From Candidatus Heimdallarchaeota archaeon (GTDB lineage: Archaea > Asgardarchaeota > Heimdallarchaeia > JABLTI01), in NCBI GenBank assembly GCA_030614005.1, contig JAUWKS010000059.1, forward strand, positions 1 to 19,424: a stretch of 19,424 nt of DNA, read 5' to 3'. Below the pieces are notes generated by a model. The model was given only the letters and a program-made list of their open reading frames with translations. It was not told the DNA's origin and searched no databases. The position numbers and the translations under genes were made by a program. Below, piece by piece: positions 7,850 to 17,200 of this stretch. How positions within the stretch are numbered: position 1 is the first letter of the stretch; every line of letters starts with the position of its first letter.

Positions 7850-9307
7850 ATGAAAAAATTGAAGGTTTTTATTCTAATCCTTATGATTGTGAGTTCATTT
7901 TTTATTCCATTTCATTATACCTTGTTAGCAGAAGCTGAAATGGAAGATATTAAAGAAATCATTATTACTAGTGATGAAGATATTGGTTTCTACGGGAGTA
8001 TGATCATTGATGATGAGCTTCATTTTATCTATGCCACTAATTGTAGAGATAATACAAAACTTTGTCACTATTCTATTCAAAGTGGCAAAATAAAAAAGCG
8101 TGATATTATAGATGTAGCTTTCAGTATTGGAAATGATTTTAGCTTTTCAGCTACTTCAGATCAATCATTTTATTTTACCTATAAGGTTTCAACAAAGAAT
8201 GAAACTACAGACTTATACACTCATGAATATTATTGTTATTATTTTGATGCTCTAACGAATAAAGGAGAGAAAATCCATTTATTAGATGTTACTAAATATT
8301 TTTCCCTTGATAATTCTAATCCTGATGTCTTGGGTGTAGAATTAGTAAATAATAAAACGATCTTTTTAATAGATAGCATCACATACACTCAAAGTACCAC
8401 TGATATTATAGCAATAAATCTTGAACAAAATATTGAAACTACTCATACATATATTGAATCAGGAAGATTGGAACATATTTCATCATGTTATAATACTAAT
8501 AACGATTGTGCATATTTTATTTATTATGAATGCAATTCTGATGGTAATGATTTCCGGTTATACAAGTACAATTTCACCTCTTGTTCACTAACTTTTTCTG
8601 CTAATTGCTCCTTCTCACATCTAGATTTTCTCACACGAGCAGGTAAACTTCTTTATGATCAAGTAACTGACAGTAAATATTTTATTTGCCCTTTGGATTA
8701 TGCTGGATCTGATAGTACTACAGAGTTTGCTCTATTTGAGTATAATTCAACAGCATCAACCTTTAACTTATCAAGTATAACTGATGATGCATTCGCAACT
8801 TTTTCTACGAAAACAGGAGTTGGATTTGAAACTGAAAATGAATATTATAATGCTATTATCAATAATTCATTATTATCGATTATTTATCGCAAATCCGTAG
8901 CACATTCAGACTTAAATCAATTAGCACTTATTACCTACCCCTTAGACGATAGTGAAGATTGGAATTATGTTAATCTTAATCTTGGTGATAATATCAATCC
9001 TTTCCATTCGAGGTTTATTTATGATGCCACTTCTAAAACTTATTGTGATTCATATCTTATAGGCTATATCTATGAAGATTCCCCCTATCATCCAATTGCT
9101 GCAGAGGGAAAGATTATCACTTCATTTGGGATTTATGGTCCATATGCTAATGATATCAGTAAACCTTATTTTATTAGAGCGATCAATTCAACCTATTATT
9201 GGTTAATAATAACCAGTTCAATCATTGTCCCTATTACTTTAGGAGGAGTAGGTTACTATTACCTTCGTCGTTATAAGCAAAAACAAAAAAACAAAGAAGA
9301 GAATTAA
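7850..9307 (+). CDS. Type-I single-pass membrane protein with a large beta-rich (possibly propeller-like) ectodomain, glycoprotein-like, unknown family
   Basis: N-terminal signal peptide MKKLKVFILILMIVSSFFIPF. C-terminal TM YYWLIITSSIIVPITLGGVGYYY followed by the basic tail LRRYKQKQKNKEEN. By my count, 8 N-x-S/T sequons and 10 Cys in the ectodomain. Aromatic beta-strand-like motifs recur (HFIYAT, FYFTYKV, YYCYYFD, AYFIYYE, FRLYKYN, KYFICP, FALFEYN, LSIIYRK). Confidence 0.7.
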   Translation: MKKLKVFILILMIVSSFFIPFHYTLLAEAEMEDIKEIIITSDEDIGFYGSMIIDDELHFIYATNCRDNTKLCHYSIQSGKIKKRDIIDVAFSIGNDFSFSATSDQSFYFTYKVSTKNETTDLYTHEYYCYYFDALTNKGEKIHLLDVTKYFSLDNSNPDVLGVELVNNKTIFLIDSITYTQSTTDIIAINLEQNIETTHTYIESGRLEHISSCYNTNNDCAYFIYYECNSDGNDFRLYKYNFTSCSLTFSANCSFSHLDFLTRAGKLLYDQVTDSKYFICPLDYAGSDSTTEFALFEYNSTASTFNLSSITDDAFATFSTKTGVGFETENEYYNAIINNSLLSIIYRKSVAHSDLNQLALITYPLDDSEDWNYVNLNLGDNINPFHSRFIYDATSKTYCDSYLIGYIYEDSPYHPIAAEGKIITSFGIYGPYANDISKPYFIRAINSTYYWLIITSSIIVPITLGGVGYYYLRRYKQKQKNKEEN

Positions 9308-9309
9308 TA

Positions 9310-12246
9310 ATGGTTAATCAAAAAAACACTTTTACAATTAAATCATTATTATATTGTGCTTATTCTTTTACATTTAGTGATAAAAAGCACTTAATATTCT
9401 CTATTCTAAGTTTTATGCTACCTTTTCTTCTATTTTTCCCAATACTTTTCATTGGTTTAAGTGTACAATCTTCTTTTTTGTTGGAATACCAATCTTTACA
9501 TCCATTAGAAGGGGATGAACAACATTCTGTAGATTACTATTTCTCTGATTCTTATCGTATAAATACATCTAATATTCCTTCCAATCTTTTAGCAGAAATT
9601 AATAGAGATGTTGATGATATTATTTTTAACTCAAATTTAGGTAATTATATTAATGGTTATTTATCTAATTGTGATGCTCAATTACAATATTATTCAGAAG
9701 GTGAAATTTCGCCTTCAAATATCTTATTTATCCAAAATGAATCCTTGATGCAAATCTCAAAATATTTTGAGAAAATAAATGATATTCCAGATTCATTCAA
9801 TGAATGTATATTAGTACAAAAAACTGATTTATCTGAATATACTAACTTTGAATATTCATACTCAATCGGAGATAATATTTCTATTTTACCTTTTGCTCAT
9901 GAAGAATCTGAATTGATTGTTAATAATACGTTCATTATTGATCCTTTGAATGTTAGTGTTACAAATATTTTCAATACAAACGATTTCCTACTTGAAGGTG
10001 TTATTAAAGAGGAAGATCTCTTCCTTTTTAATATCCTAAATTATTATTGTTATTTTATATCTGATCAACCTTTACTATTACTTTCTATAGATTATTTGAC
10101 TGCTTTCTTTCATTCCTTCCCGAAGCTTTTATCATCAGAGATTCACATTAATATTCAATTTCTCTATGATTTCTCTTCATTTAAAATAACTGATTTGAAA
10201 GAAGTTTATGATTCAGCAGAGGATTTACCCAATTTATCCGGTTTTTCATATTATCATGATCTTTCCGCCAATGTCACTCCTGAATTAGCAGACTTCATGG
10301 TTCTCTTTAAAAGAGATATTCAACAGCAATGGTTCCGTCTTTTTGCTATTGGGTTAGCATCCTTAGTATTTTCCTTGTTTATTCTTTGGCTTAGTTTTTC
10401 ATCTAATACTCTCAAGCTATCAGACATTTACGCTAATTTCATAACTCGTGGTTTCCCTCGTAGTACTATTCTCAAGATATTCACTATTTCTCGTTTTATA
10501 GAAATTAGTTTTTCTTGTTTTTTAGCGCTTATTTTGGCTGTTCCATTAACATATTTGAACCTTGGAATTATTTCAGGTATAACAAAGGCAGGTTCTCTCA
10601 CACTAAATCTGATCTCTTTTAGAGCAGTATTTGTCCCTTCATTATTGTTCTATGTAATCTTGTTTGCCTTTTCATTTGGTAATTTAGTAATTCTTGTCAG
10701 AAAAGTAGAAAAATTCTTTCCGAATCGTCTTAGTTCTTTCACAGCTGTTACTATTGGTTCAACCAAAACTCAAATGTTAATAAGTGGATTATCCGGTTTG
10801 TTCTCTCTTTTGGGTATGTCATCATTATTAATTATTAAGAACTTTTTAAATTTACAAGATATCTTAGATTCTGAAATATTATTTATTTTTGATATCTTCT
10901 TGTACATTTTCATCTCAATAGCAATTTTCTGTTTACTCTTTATTTTAATCAATTCATTATTGAAACAGATAGTTAAGTTATCCCATTCTCTCTGGAAAAA
11001 AACGTCAAAAAAATTCTCGATTATCTTACATAATCTTTCTCTTGCTTTTCAACATCACAAAAAACAGTCCTTTTTCATTGCTCTTTCGTTTCTAATCTTT
11101 ATTCAATCATTTTTAATTCCAGCTTATTTATCACAACATGCCACTTATTCTGCAAAATTTGATCTGGGTTCTGATGTATCTATTCATTTAGAAAATCCTT
11201 CCAATACTGCATCTTTACTTTCAGATATTTCACTTATTCCTTCTGTTTATTCAGCTGCAAATTATTCTCTTATCCAGTTATCGATTTTTGACATAGATTA
11301 TCAAGTATTGGTTATTTCGCAAACCTTTGGATCTACAGTATCCTATTCCAGAGATTATAATCTGAGAATTACAAAAGACGACTTAGAGGAATTCAGCGAT
11401 GCTCCGAATTCCATTCTCACTCAATCAGAAGACATATTTCTTAATAGTAGGATTGTTTATGGTTCAGAAAGTAACAGCATTATTTTAGGTTTTAACAACA
11501 TTTCAGCTGATGGTGAGCAATTCATTGAAGAGGAGTTTAAGGTTTATGACAAATATAATCTTTTTCCAATACTATTAAATGACTATCAACTTTCGTCATT
11601 TCATTTTGAAAAAAATGCTATTCCTTTTCTAGTCATGACAGAATCAGCTTTCCAGACAATTCATCAGTATAATGAAGATATTTCTATTATTTCACTAGAA
11701 GAAGCTGTTATCGTTAAACTCAAAAAACAATCAGAAATGCAAGCATTTTTACTAGCATTACAATCAACACCTTATTCAATTGTTCATACAACTTGGATGG
11801 ATGTTTATCCAGATTACTTGCCATCTTTTGCTACTAGTATCATAGCATTATCCATTGTAACAGGTATTTTTGCAGCTATTTCATTTTTCATTGTAGGAAT
11901 TGTTTTAGTACAAGATATGATCAATGCTCAACGAGAGAAGATACTTGTCTTGCGTTATCGAGGATTTTCAATTAAGACTATTTCAAGAAATTTCCTTGTT
12001 GAGTACTTGTTTGTTTTACTTTTAATTATTCCAATAAGCATAGGTGCAGGGATTGGATCTCTTGTTTTTCTTCTAAGAGTTCTAATTAAAGCTGAAAATT
12101 GGATTCTGAACGTTCCTTATTATGGTCAGTTTTCACTTTATTTGGCAATCATATTATTGGGTTTATTAGGGGTAGACATCCTCATTAGACATTTTTATCA
12201 GAAGAAATTCTTTGAGTTTCAACCATCAATTATGGAGGGTACATGA
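9310..12246 (+). CDS. ABC transporter permease, tandem FtsX/MacB-type (about 10 TM, 4+2+4) with two large extracytoplasmic domains
   Basis: 978-aa ORF starting 2 nt after the previous stop. The C-terminal module carries the canonical FtsX loop motif QREKILVLRYRGFSIKTISRNFLVEYL (about aa 875-900) between TM helices. The N-terminal module has a degenerate counterpart, YANFITRGFPRSTILKIF (about aa 373-390). The non-hydrophobic stretches of about 285 aa and about 235 aa after TM1 and TM7 fit MacB-like periplasmic domains. Confidence 0.75.
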   Translation: MVNQKNTFTIKSLLYCAYSFTFSDKKHLIFSILSFMLPFLLFFPILFIGLSVQSSFLLEYQSLHPLEGDEQHSVDYYFSDSYRINTSNIPSNLLAEINRDVDDIIFNSNLGNYINGYLSNCDAQLQYYSEGEISPSNILFIQNESLMQISKYFEKINDIPDSFNECILVQKTDLSEYTNFEYSYSIGDNISILPFAHEESELIVNNTFIIDPLNVSVTNIFNTNDFLLEGVIKEEDLFLFNILNYYCYFISDQPLLLLSIDYLTAFFHSFPKLLSSEIHINIQFLYDFSSFKITDLKEVYDSAEDLPNLSGFSYYHDLSANVTPELADFMVLFKRDIQQQWFRLFAIGLASLVFSLFILWLSFSSNTLKLSDIYANFITRGFPRSTILKIFTISRFIEISFSCFLALILAVPLTYLNLGIISGITKAGSLTLNLISFRAVFVPSLLFYVILFAFSFGNLVILVRKVEKFFPNRLSSFTAVTIGSTKTQMLISGLSGLFSLLGMSSLLIIKNFLNLQDILDSEILFIFDIFLYIFISIAIFCLLFILINSLLKQIVKLSHSLWKKTSKKFSIILHNLSLAFQHHKKQSFFIALSFLIFIQSFLIPAYLSQHATYSAKFDLGSDVSIHLENPSNTASLLSDISLIPSVYSAANYSLIQLSIFDIDYQVLVISQTFGSTVSYSRDYNLRITKDDLEEFSDAPNSILTQSEDIFLNSRIVYGSESNSIILGFNNISADGEQFIEEEFKVYDKYNLFPILLNDYQLSSFHFEKNAIPFLVMTESAFQTIHQYNEDISIISLEEAVIVKLKKQSEMQAFLLALQSTPYSIVHTTWMDVYPDYLPSFATSIIALSIVTGIFAAISFFIVGIVLVQDMINAQREKILVLRYRGFSIKTISRNFLVEYLFVLLLIIPISIGAGIGSLVFLLRVLIKAENWILNVPYYGQFSLYLAIILLGLLGVDILIRHFYQKKFFEFQPSIMEGT

Positions 12247-13937
12247 TGATTAATCTTGAGGCAATAACTAAAATCTATCCTAATCCTGAACTAGGTCGTT
12301 CCATTGTAGCTTTAGGTGGTTGTGATTTAGATATCAAGAGTGGTAGTTTTGTTTCAATAATTGGCCCTAGTGGTGCTGGGAAATCTACTCTTATGAGAAT
12401 GATCTGTGGTTTAGAACAACCAACGAGTGGTAAAGTGAATATTTTATCGCAAGACATTGATTTAATGTCAAAGAAAGAATTATATGATTTCCGTTTGCAG
12501 AATATTGGATTTCTTAATCAAATACCACACTATAATCTCTTTCCGGAACTTACTGTTGAACGGAATTTAATGGTACCAACTAGGCTTTTAGGTAAGAGCT
12601 TAGAAGAATCAAAAAAACAAGTTGATGAAATGCTAGAGAAAATGGAAATCAAACATCTCGCTCTCAGAAGAGCAAAACAACTTTCAATGGGAGAAAGTAT
12701 GCGAGTTGGTTTAGCAATTTCTCTCATCAACTCTCCTCCAATACTATTAGCTGATGAGCCTACTGGTCAACTCGATAAAAAGAACACAAAAATCATCTTG
12801 GATCTACTTAGAAAAATAAATCAAGAGGAAAAAACTACCATTGTTGTTGTCAGCCATGACTCTAACTACTTTTCAGTGGTCTCTGAATCTTTTCTTATTT
12901 TCAATGGAAGATTAGGAGCTATTTATGCTCAAGAAGATTTTCCAGAGGAAAGTGAAGGTGAGGATAAACCTATTACTTCTGAGACTTTTGTTTCTCATAT
13001 TGATAGTTATTCTTACTTATTCCTACCAAACCAAATCAAAGAACTTTTATCATTAAACAAGAAAGTCAAATTTGTTGTAAATCACGAATCAAAGAAGATC
13101 TATCTTGAGAACCCCGAATCACCGGAAAGCTTTTCAGGAAAAGAAATTTCCCAACAGGTGGAAATTCCACGATATCAACCAAGAAAACGAGACAAAAAAG
13201 AGAGGAGTATTTTAGAATGCACAGATTTGACAAAATTCTATTATTCACCCAGAAAAGAACTTATCTTACAGAACTTAAATCTACAAATATATCCTGGAGA
13301 ATTAGTGTTTCTAATTGGTCCATCTGGCACAGGGAAAACAACATTATTGAATCTTGTATCAGGGATTGATAGGGATTTTACTGGTTCAATAAGAATTCTA
13401 GATAAAGAAATCCTCTCATCTAATTTTACAGCAATTGATAAACTGCGATCCCAATCAGTCTACTACTCCTCACAATATATCAACCTCTATCCCTCTATGA
13501 CCCTAATCGAAAACATAAATTATTTTATCGCAAATAAAAAAAGTGAACAGAGTTTTTATGATACAGAGTATCTATTGCAACATCTCTCGTTGGATAATAT
13601 TAAAAATCAGTTAGTAGAAAACTATTCACAAGGAGAAAAGAAAAGAGCAACAATACTTCTGGGATTATTATTATCACCGAGAATTATGCTTATTGATGAG
13701 CCTACTGCCAACTTGGATGAATTGAACAAGCGCAAAATAATCAGTCTTTTTGTAGAGTATGTTATGGGTACTAATGCTTCAGTTCTTGCAGTGACACATG
13801 ATTTACTCTCAATAGTTTCAAATAGCAGGATTCTTGAAATTGAGGATAATAAGATAAGCAGGGATATGATAGCAACAACAGAGTTCTGCAATAAATTGAA
13901 AGAACAATACCTTAGTAAGAAGGATGTTAAGGATTAA
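12243..13937 (+). CDS. ABC transporter ATPase with two fused nucleotide-binding domains (LolD/MacB/FtsE-like) joined by a linker of about 100 aa
   Basis: ATGA overlap with the permease stop; GGAGGG SD at 12235-12240. NBD1: Walker A GPSGAGKST (aa 41-49), Q-loop FLNQ, signature LSMGE (147-151), Walker B ILLADEPT, H-loop VSHD. NBD2: Walker A GPSGTGKTT (aa 359-367), signature YSQGE (461-465), Walker B IMLIDEPT, H-loop VTHD. Confidence 0.85.
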   Translation: MMINLEAITKIYPNPELGRSIVALGGCDLDIKSGSFVSIIGPSGAGKSTLMRMICGLEQPTSGKVNILSQDIDLMSKKELYDFRLQNIGFLNQIPHYNLFPELTVERNLMVPTRLLGKSLEESKKQVDEMLEKMEIKHLALRRAKQLSMGESMRVGLAISLINSPPILLADEPTGQLDKKNTKIILDLLRKINQEEKTTIVVVSHDSNYFSVVSESFLIFNGRLGAIYAQEDFPEESEGEDKPITSETFVSHIDSYSYLFLPNQIKELLSLNKKVKFVVNHESKKIYLENPESPESFSGKEISQQVEIPRYQPRKRDKKERSILECTDLTKFYYSPRKELILQNLNLQIYPGELVFLIGPSGTGKTTLLNLVSGIDRDFTGSIRILDKEILSSNFTAIDKLRSQSVYYSSQYINLYPSMTLIENINYFIANKKSEQSFYDTEYLLQHLSLDNIKNQLVENYSQGEKKRATILLGLLLSPRIMLIDEPTANLDELNKRKIISLFVEYVMGTNASVLAVTHDLLSIVSNSRILEIEDNKISRDMIATTEFCNKLKEQYLSKKDVKD

Positions 13938-14001
13938 TTCTCCTTTGGTTTATCAAAAGAAGAAAAATTTGAATCTTGTAATTGAGAAAGAAGAGAATAA
14001 G

Positions 14002-14078
14002 TGGTGGACCGGATGGAATTTGAATCCACAGCCTTCTGAATGCGAATCAGACGATCTACCAGGTTGATCTACCGGCCC
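14002..14078 (-). tRNA. tRNA-Ala (anticodon CGC) with genomically encoded 3' CCA
   Basis: The reverse complement folds as a cloverleaf: GGGCCGG-TA-GATC-AACCTGGTA-GATC-G-TCTGA-TTCGCAT-TCAGA-AGGCT-GTGGA-TTCAAAT-TCCAT-CCGGTCC-A-CCA. Stems are 7/4/5/5 bp. The G3:U70 wobble (alanine identity element) is present, and the anticodon loop TT-CGC-AT is clear. Confidence 0.9.
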
Positions 14079-14266
14079 AAATGAATATAATATGACTTGA
14101 AATCTTCTCTCTTTTGAATTTTTTCTTTTGATAGCTTTATCTAATGTTTGACAAGGACATAAATCATTTAAGCATTGCCCGTCATTTATCTACTATTAAT
14201 ATTGAACATTCGGTTAGAAATTACAGTGTTTCATCTATAACTGAAACATTGGAGTGGAGTAATAAG

Positions 14267-17200
14267 ATGTCTAAAAAAGAAGCAAAGGCTCTCAATTTAC
14301 TGCCTCGTTTATCTGCAAATGAAAAACGAGTTTTCCAAGCTTTGGTAAAGAATGGTGCTTTGACACCGATAGAAATTTCACAACGAGGTGGAGGTTCTAA
14401 AGGAAGAGTTGCCACGGCTTTAGAAACGATGGTTGAACGAGGGTTTGCTGTACCCGTGGGAAACGATGATGATCGTCGCTATATTGCGGTATTCCCTGTA
14501 ATGAAATTCACTGCTGTTTTAAGTATTTTAACTCGTTCTCTTGACGCACGCAAAAGCGAATTGGAAGCAACAACTGAAGTTGTCCACAATTTCACTGAAG
14601 GGGCAATTAAGAATGTACGAGAAGCAAGTTCGGAGGAACGTGAGAAACGAACTGAACGTTCCGAGGAAGATATTAAAGACCTCGAAATGGCTATGGATGC
14701 TTCTTTTAGTGGAATCCTTGCATCTATTGAAATGGATTTGAAAGATTTAAACCGAATATCAAAGACATCTAATGAATTTCTCGTAGAATCTTCAATCCGC
14801 ACAAAGGAAACAACGGATAACATTGAACGAGGATTAAAACCTTTAGCAAAAAATTTCTCAAAAATTCTAACTGCCGCATATGACAATGTAGAAGGTCAAC
14901 TTGAAGCTACTGTTGATGCACGAGTGAGTGACATCATTGATTTTGAAACTAAAGCCAATTCAGCATTTGATGCAGTCTTAGAAGCTTTCAATACTTCAAA
15001 GGATGAATTTGAGGACATTATTTTCACGGTACTTGATTCTGGTATTGATGATTTAGAGAGAGTTACTCGACCAATTAATGAGCAAATTGATGAAGCAATA
15101 AGCTCACTAACAGAAGCAATTGAAGAATCATCATTAAACTTCCAAACAGAGATGGTTCGTGTCTTGACTGAACAAAAACGACCAATGGTCACTGCAGTTG
15201 ATTCCATACAACCACGATTTGCTAAAGTTACTAATGCTGCTTTGGATGAGCATAAGGTAGTTATAGAACAGCAAAAACAATCTCTCTCAGGTTTAATGGA
15301 AAATCATTTTTCGATATTTAGTAAAGCCGCTGTAGAGCTGGCAAGTGATTTTGACAAAAAAATAGACATCTTAATTGAACAGTCTCTCGAAAACACTTCT
15401 TCTGCAAGTGATGAGATGAATGCTATCGAAGATGCATTTGTTAATTCGATTGAAAAAATAACAAATGAGAAAAACAAATTTATTCACAATACTTCAGAAC
15501 GGTCTCGAGATGTTCTTAACGAAATGATAGAACAATTCCTCATTATTCTGAATGGTGCTGTTGCAGAATATCAAATGGATCTCAGTGATATAATCGCAAA
15601 ACTTGAAGCTGACTTTCTAAATACTGTGGATAATAATGGTGTAAGTGTACAAAACCTCGTTAATTTCATCAATATGACCTTAACTGAACCTGTTAAGGAA
15701 CTTATGATTAACTTGGAAAAATTAAATGAACGCATCATTAAAGATGAGACAGCTTTTCTAACTAAATTTGACCAACGATTGCAGAATGAATTACAAGATA
15801 TTAATAAACAATTCAAAAAAGACACGATAAAGAAGGAAGAAAACTTTGAGAAAGATCTCAATCGTCTAAAAGAACGAATCGATAAGGATTTTTCATCAAA
15901 TCTCGATGCTCTCCAAAATAAGCTAGTAGAACAAGATAGAGCTTTCCAATCACTTTACAAAGAATTTTCCGCTAAACACCAGAAAGGATTAAGAGATACT
16001 TCAAAAGAAGTTTCCTCTTTAACTAAAAAACTTGAACGATGGAGAGGCGAAAGCACTAAAACAATTCAAGATAGAATTGAATCGAAGGTTGATAAGAACC
16101 TCGAAATATTAGAGAGTAAGATGGATAATCTAGTAGACCAAATAAAAAATAACGGTCAAGTTTCAAAAGAGGAATTAATTATACTTATTCGTGATTCATA
16201 CACACAAATTTCTAAAAATTTCAGAAGTTTTGGAGCTGAAACAAATACTAGCACCAGACGATCTCTTCAAGAAATAGCCAATATTCTCAAAAAAGATAGT
16301 CTATCAATTAACAATAGACTTGTTTCCTTTAAGAAAGAACAAGATAAATTAATTGAAGAAACAAAGTTTCCAGTTTCCAAATTACTAGTTGAACTTGGCA
16401 CTGAGTATAAGCAATTCTATAAGAAGACTGACAATAATCTTAATCGATTCTTTTCTAATGACATTGAAACCTTTAAACGTACTAGAAAAGAACTAAGCAA
16501 ATCTATCGATAGTATACTTAATCGTCAAGGCTCTCGAACTACTAAAGATAGTATAACACTGAAAGATAGTTTCATACGCGCACGAGAGAAATATGTTTCC
16601 AAAACGCAAGAGAGCTTCGAAAAAGTAGAGAAAACAATTGCTCGGGATGCATCTTCATTATTAGATCAAGAACGATCTTCTCGCTCAACTATAACAGATC
16701 TAACTGAAAAAACAATTAGTGAATTATCAAATGGTGTTAATTCAACTGCACAAACAATCCGATCCAATATTACTTCTGGAGCAGAGAGAATATTTAGGCA
16801 AGCAGCGGCTGAACTCAGTAAACAAGAAATTGAGCTTGGAGAATTAAACGAAAAACAACAAGATGAATCCATCGACATGTATAATGAAATTAACAAAATG
16901 CACAGGCAGCAACTCAAAATCCTAGATAAGAAAATCGATGCATTGCAAGAAAAACAAATAGGAAATGCCTTTGAATTTAGAGATCACTATACTCAATCAT
17001 TGAAAGAGGATTTAATAAAACAACAGGAAATCTTGAGTAATTCAAAAGAAATTATTTTCGAGCAATGTGAAAAATTGGCCGGCGATTTACAAGAGCAAAC
17101 CTCGTCAATAACTAACAGAACCATTCTGGAGCTAGAAGCCAAAACTTCTGGAATAGAAGGAGCAATATTTAGTACTGTAGGTAATATTACTGCGGAATCT

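Noticed and set aside
12243-13937. The double-NBD protein as an ABC-F translation factor or ABCE1-like protein
   Set aside because: It overlaps (ATGA) and is evidently co-translated with an FtsX-type permease. The NBD motifs look LolD/MacB/FtsE-like, there is no N-terminal Fe-S domain, and the linker does not resemble the ABC-F P-site tRNA interaction motif.
13966-14026. The 10-nt match aatttgaatc (13966-13975 vs 14017-14026 inside the tRNA T-arm) as an att-site remnant
   Set aside because: It is too short and AT-rich to distinguish from chance. It lies only 51 nt away rather than at the far island boundary, and no integrase is present.
14084-14093. The A/T-rich box as the tRNA-Ala TATA box
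   Set aside because: It lies only ~6-15 nt from the mature tRNA 5' end, which is incompatible with the ~-26 spacing of archaeal TATA boxes.
14144-14266. The ORF-track start at 14144, which would add 41 N-terminal residues to the giant protein
   Set aside because: The extension has no wHTH-related or conserved-looking sequence. It would start only 65 nt from the divergent tRNA, inside its likely promoter. ATG 14267 has a good GGAG SD and sits directly before the wHTH. It is kept only as an alternative.
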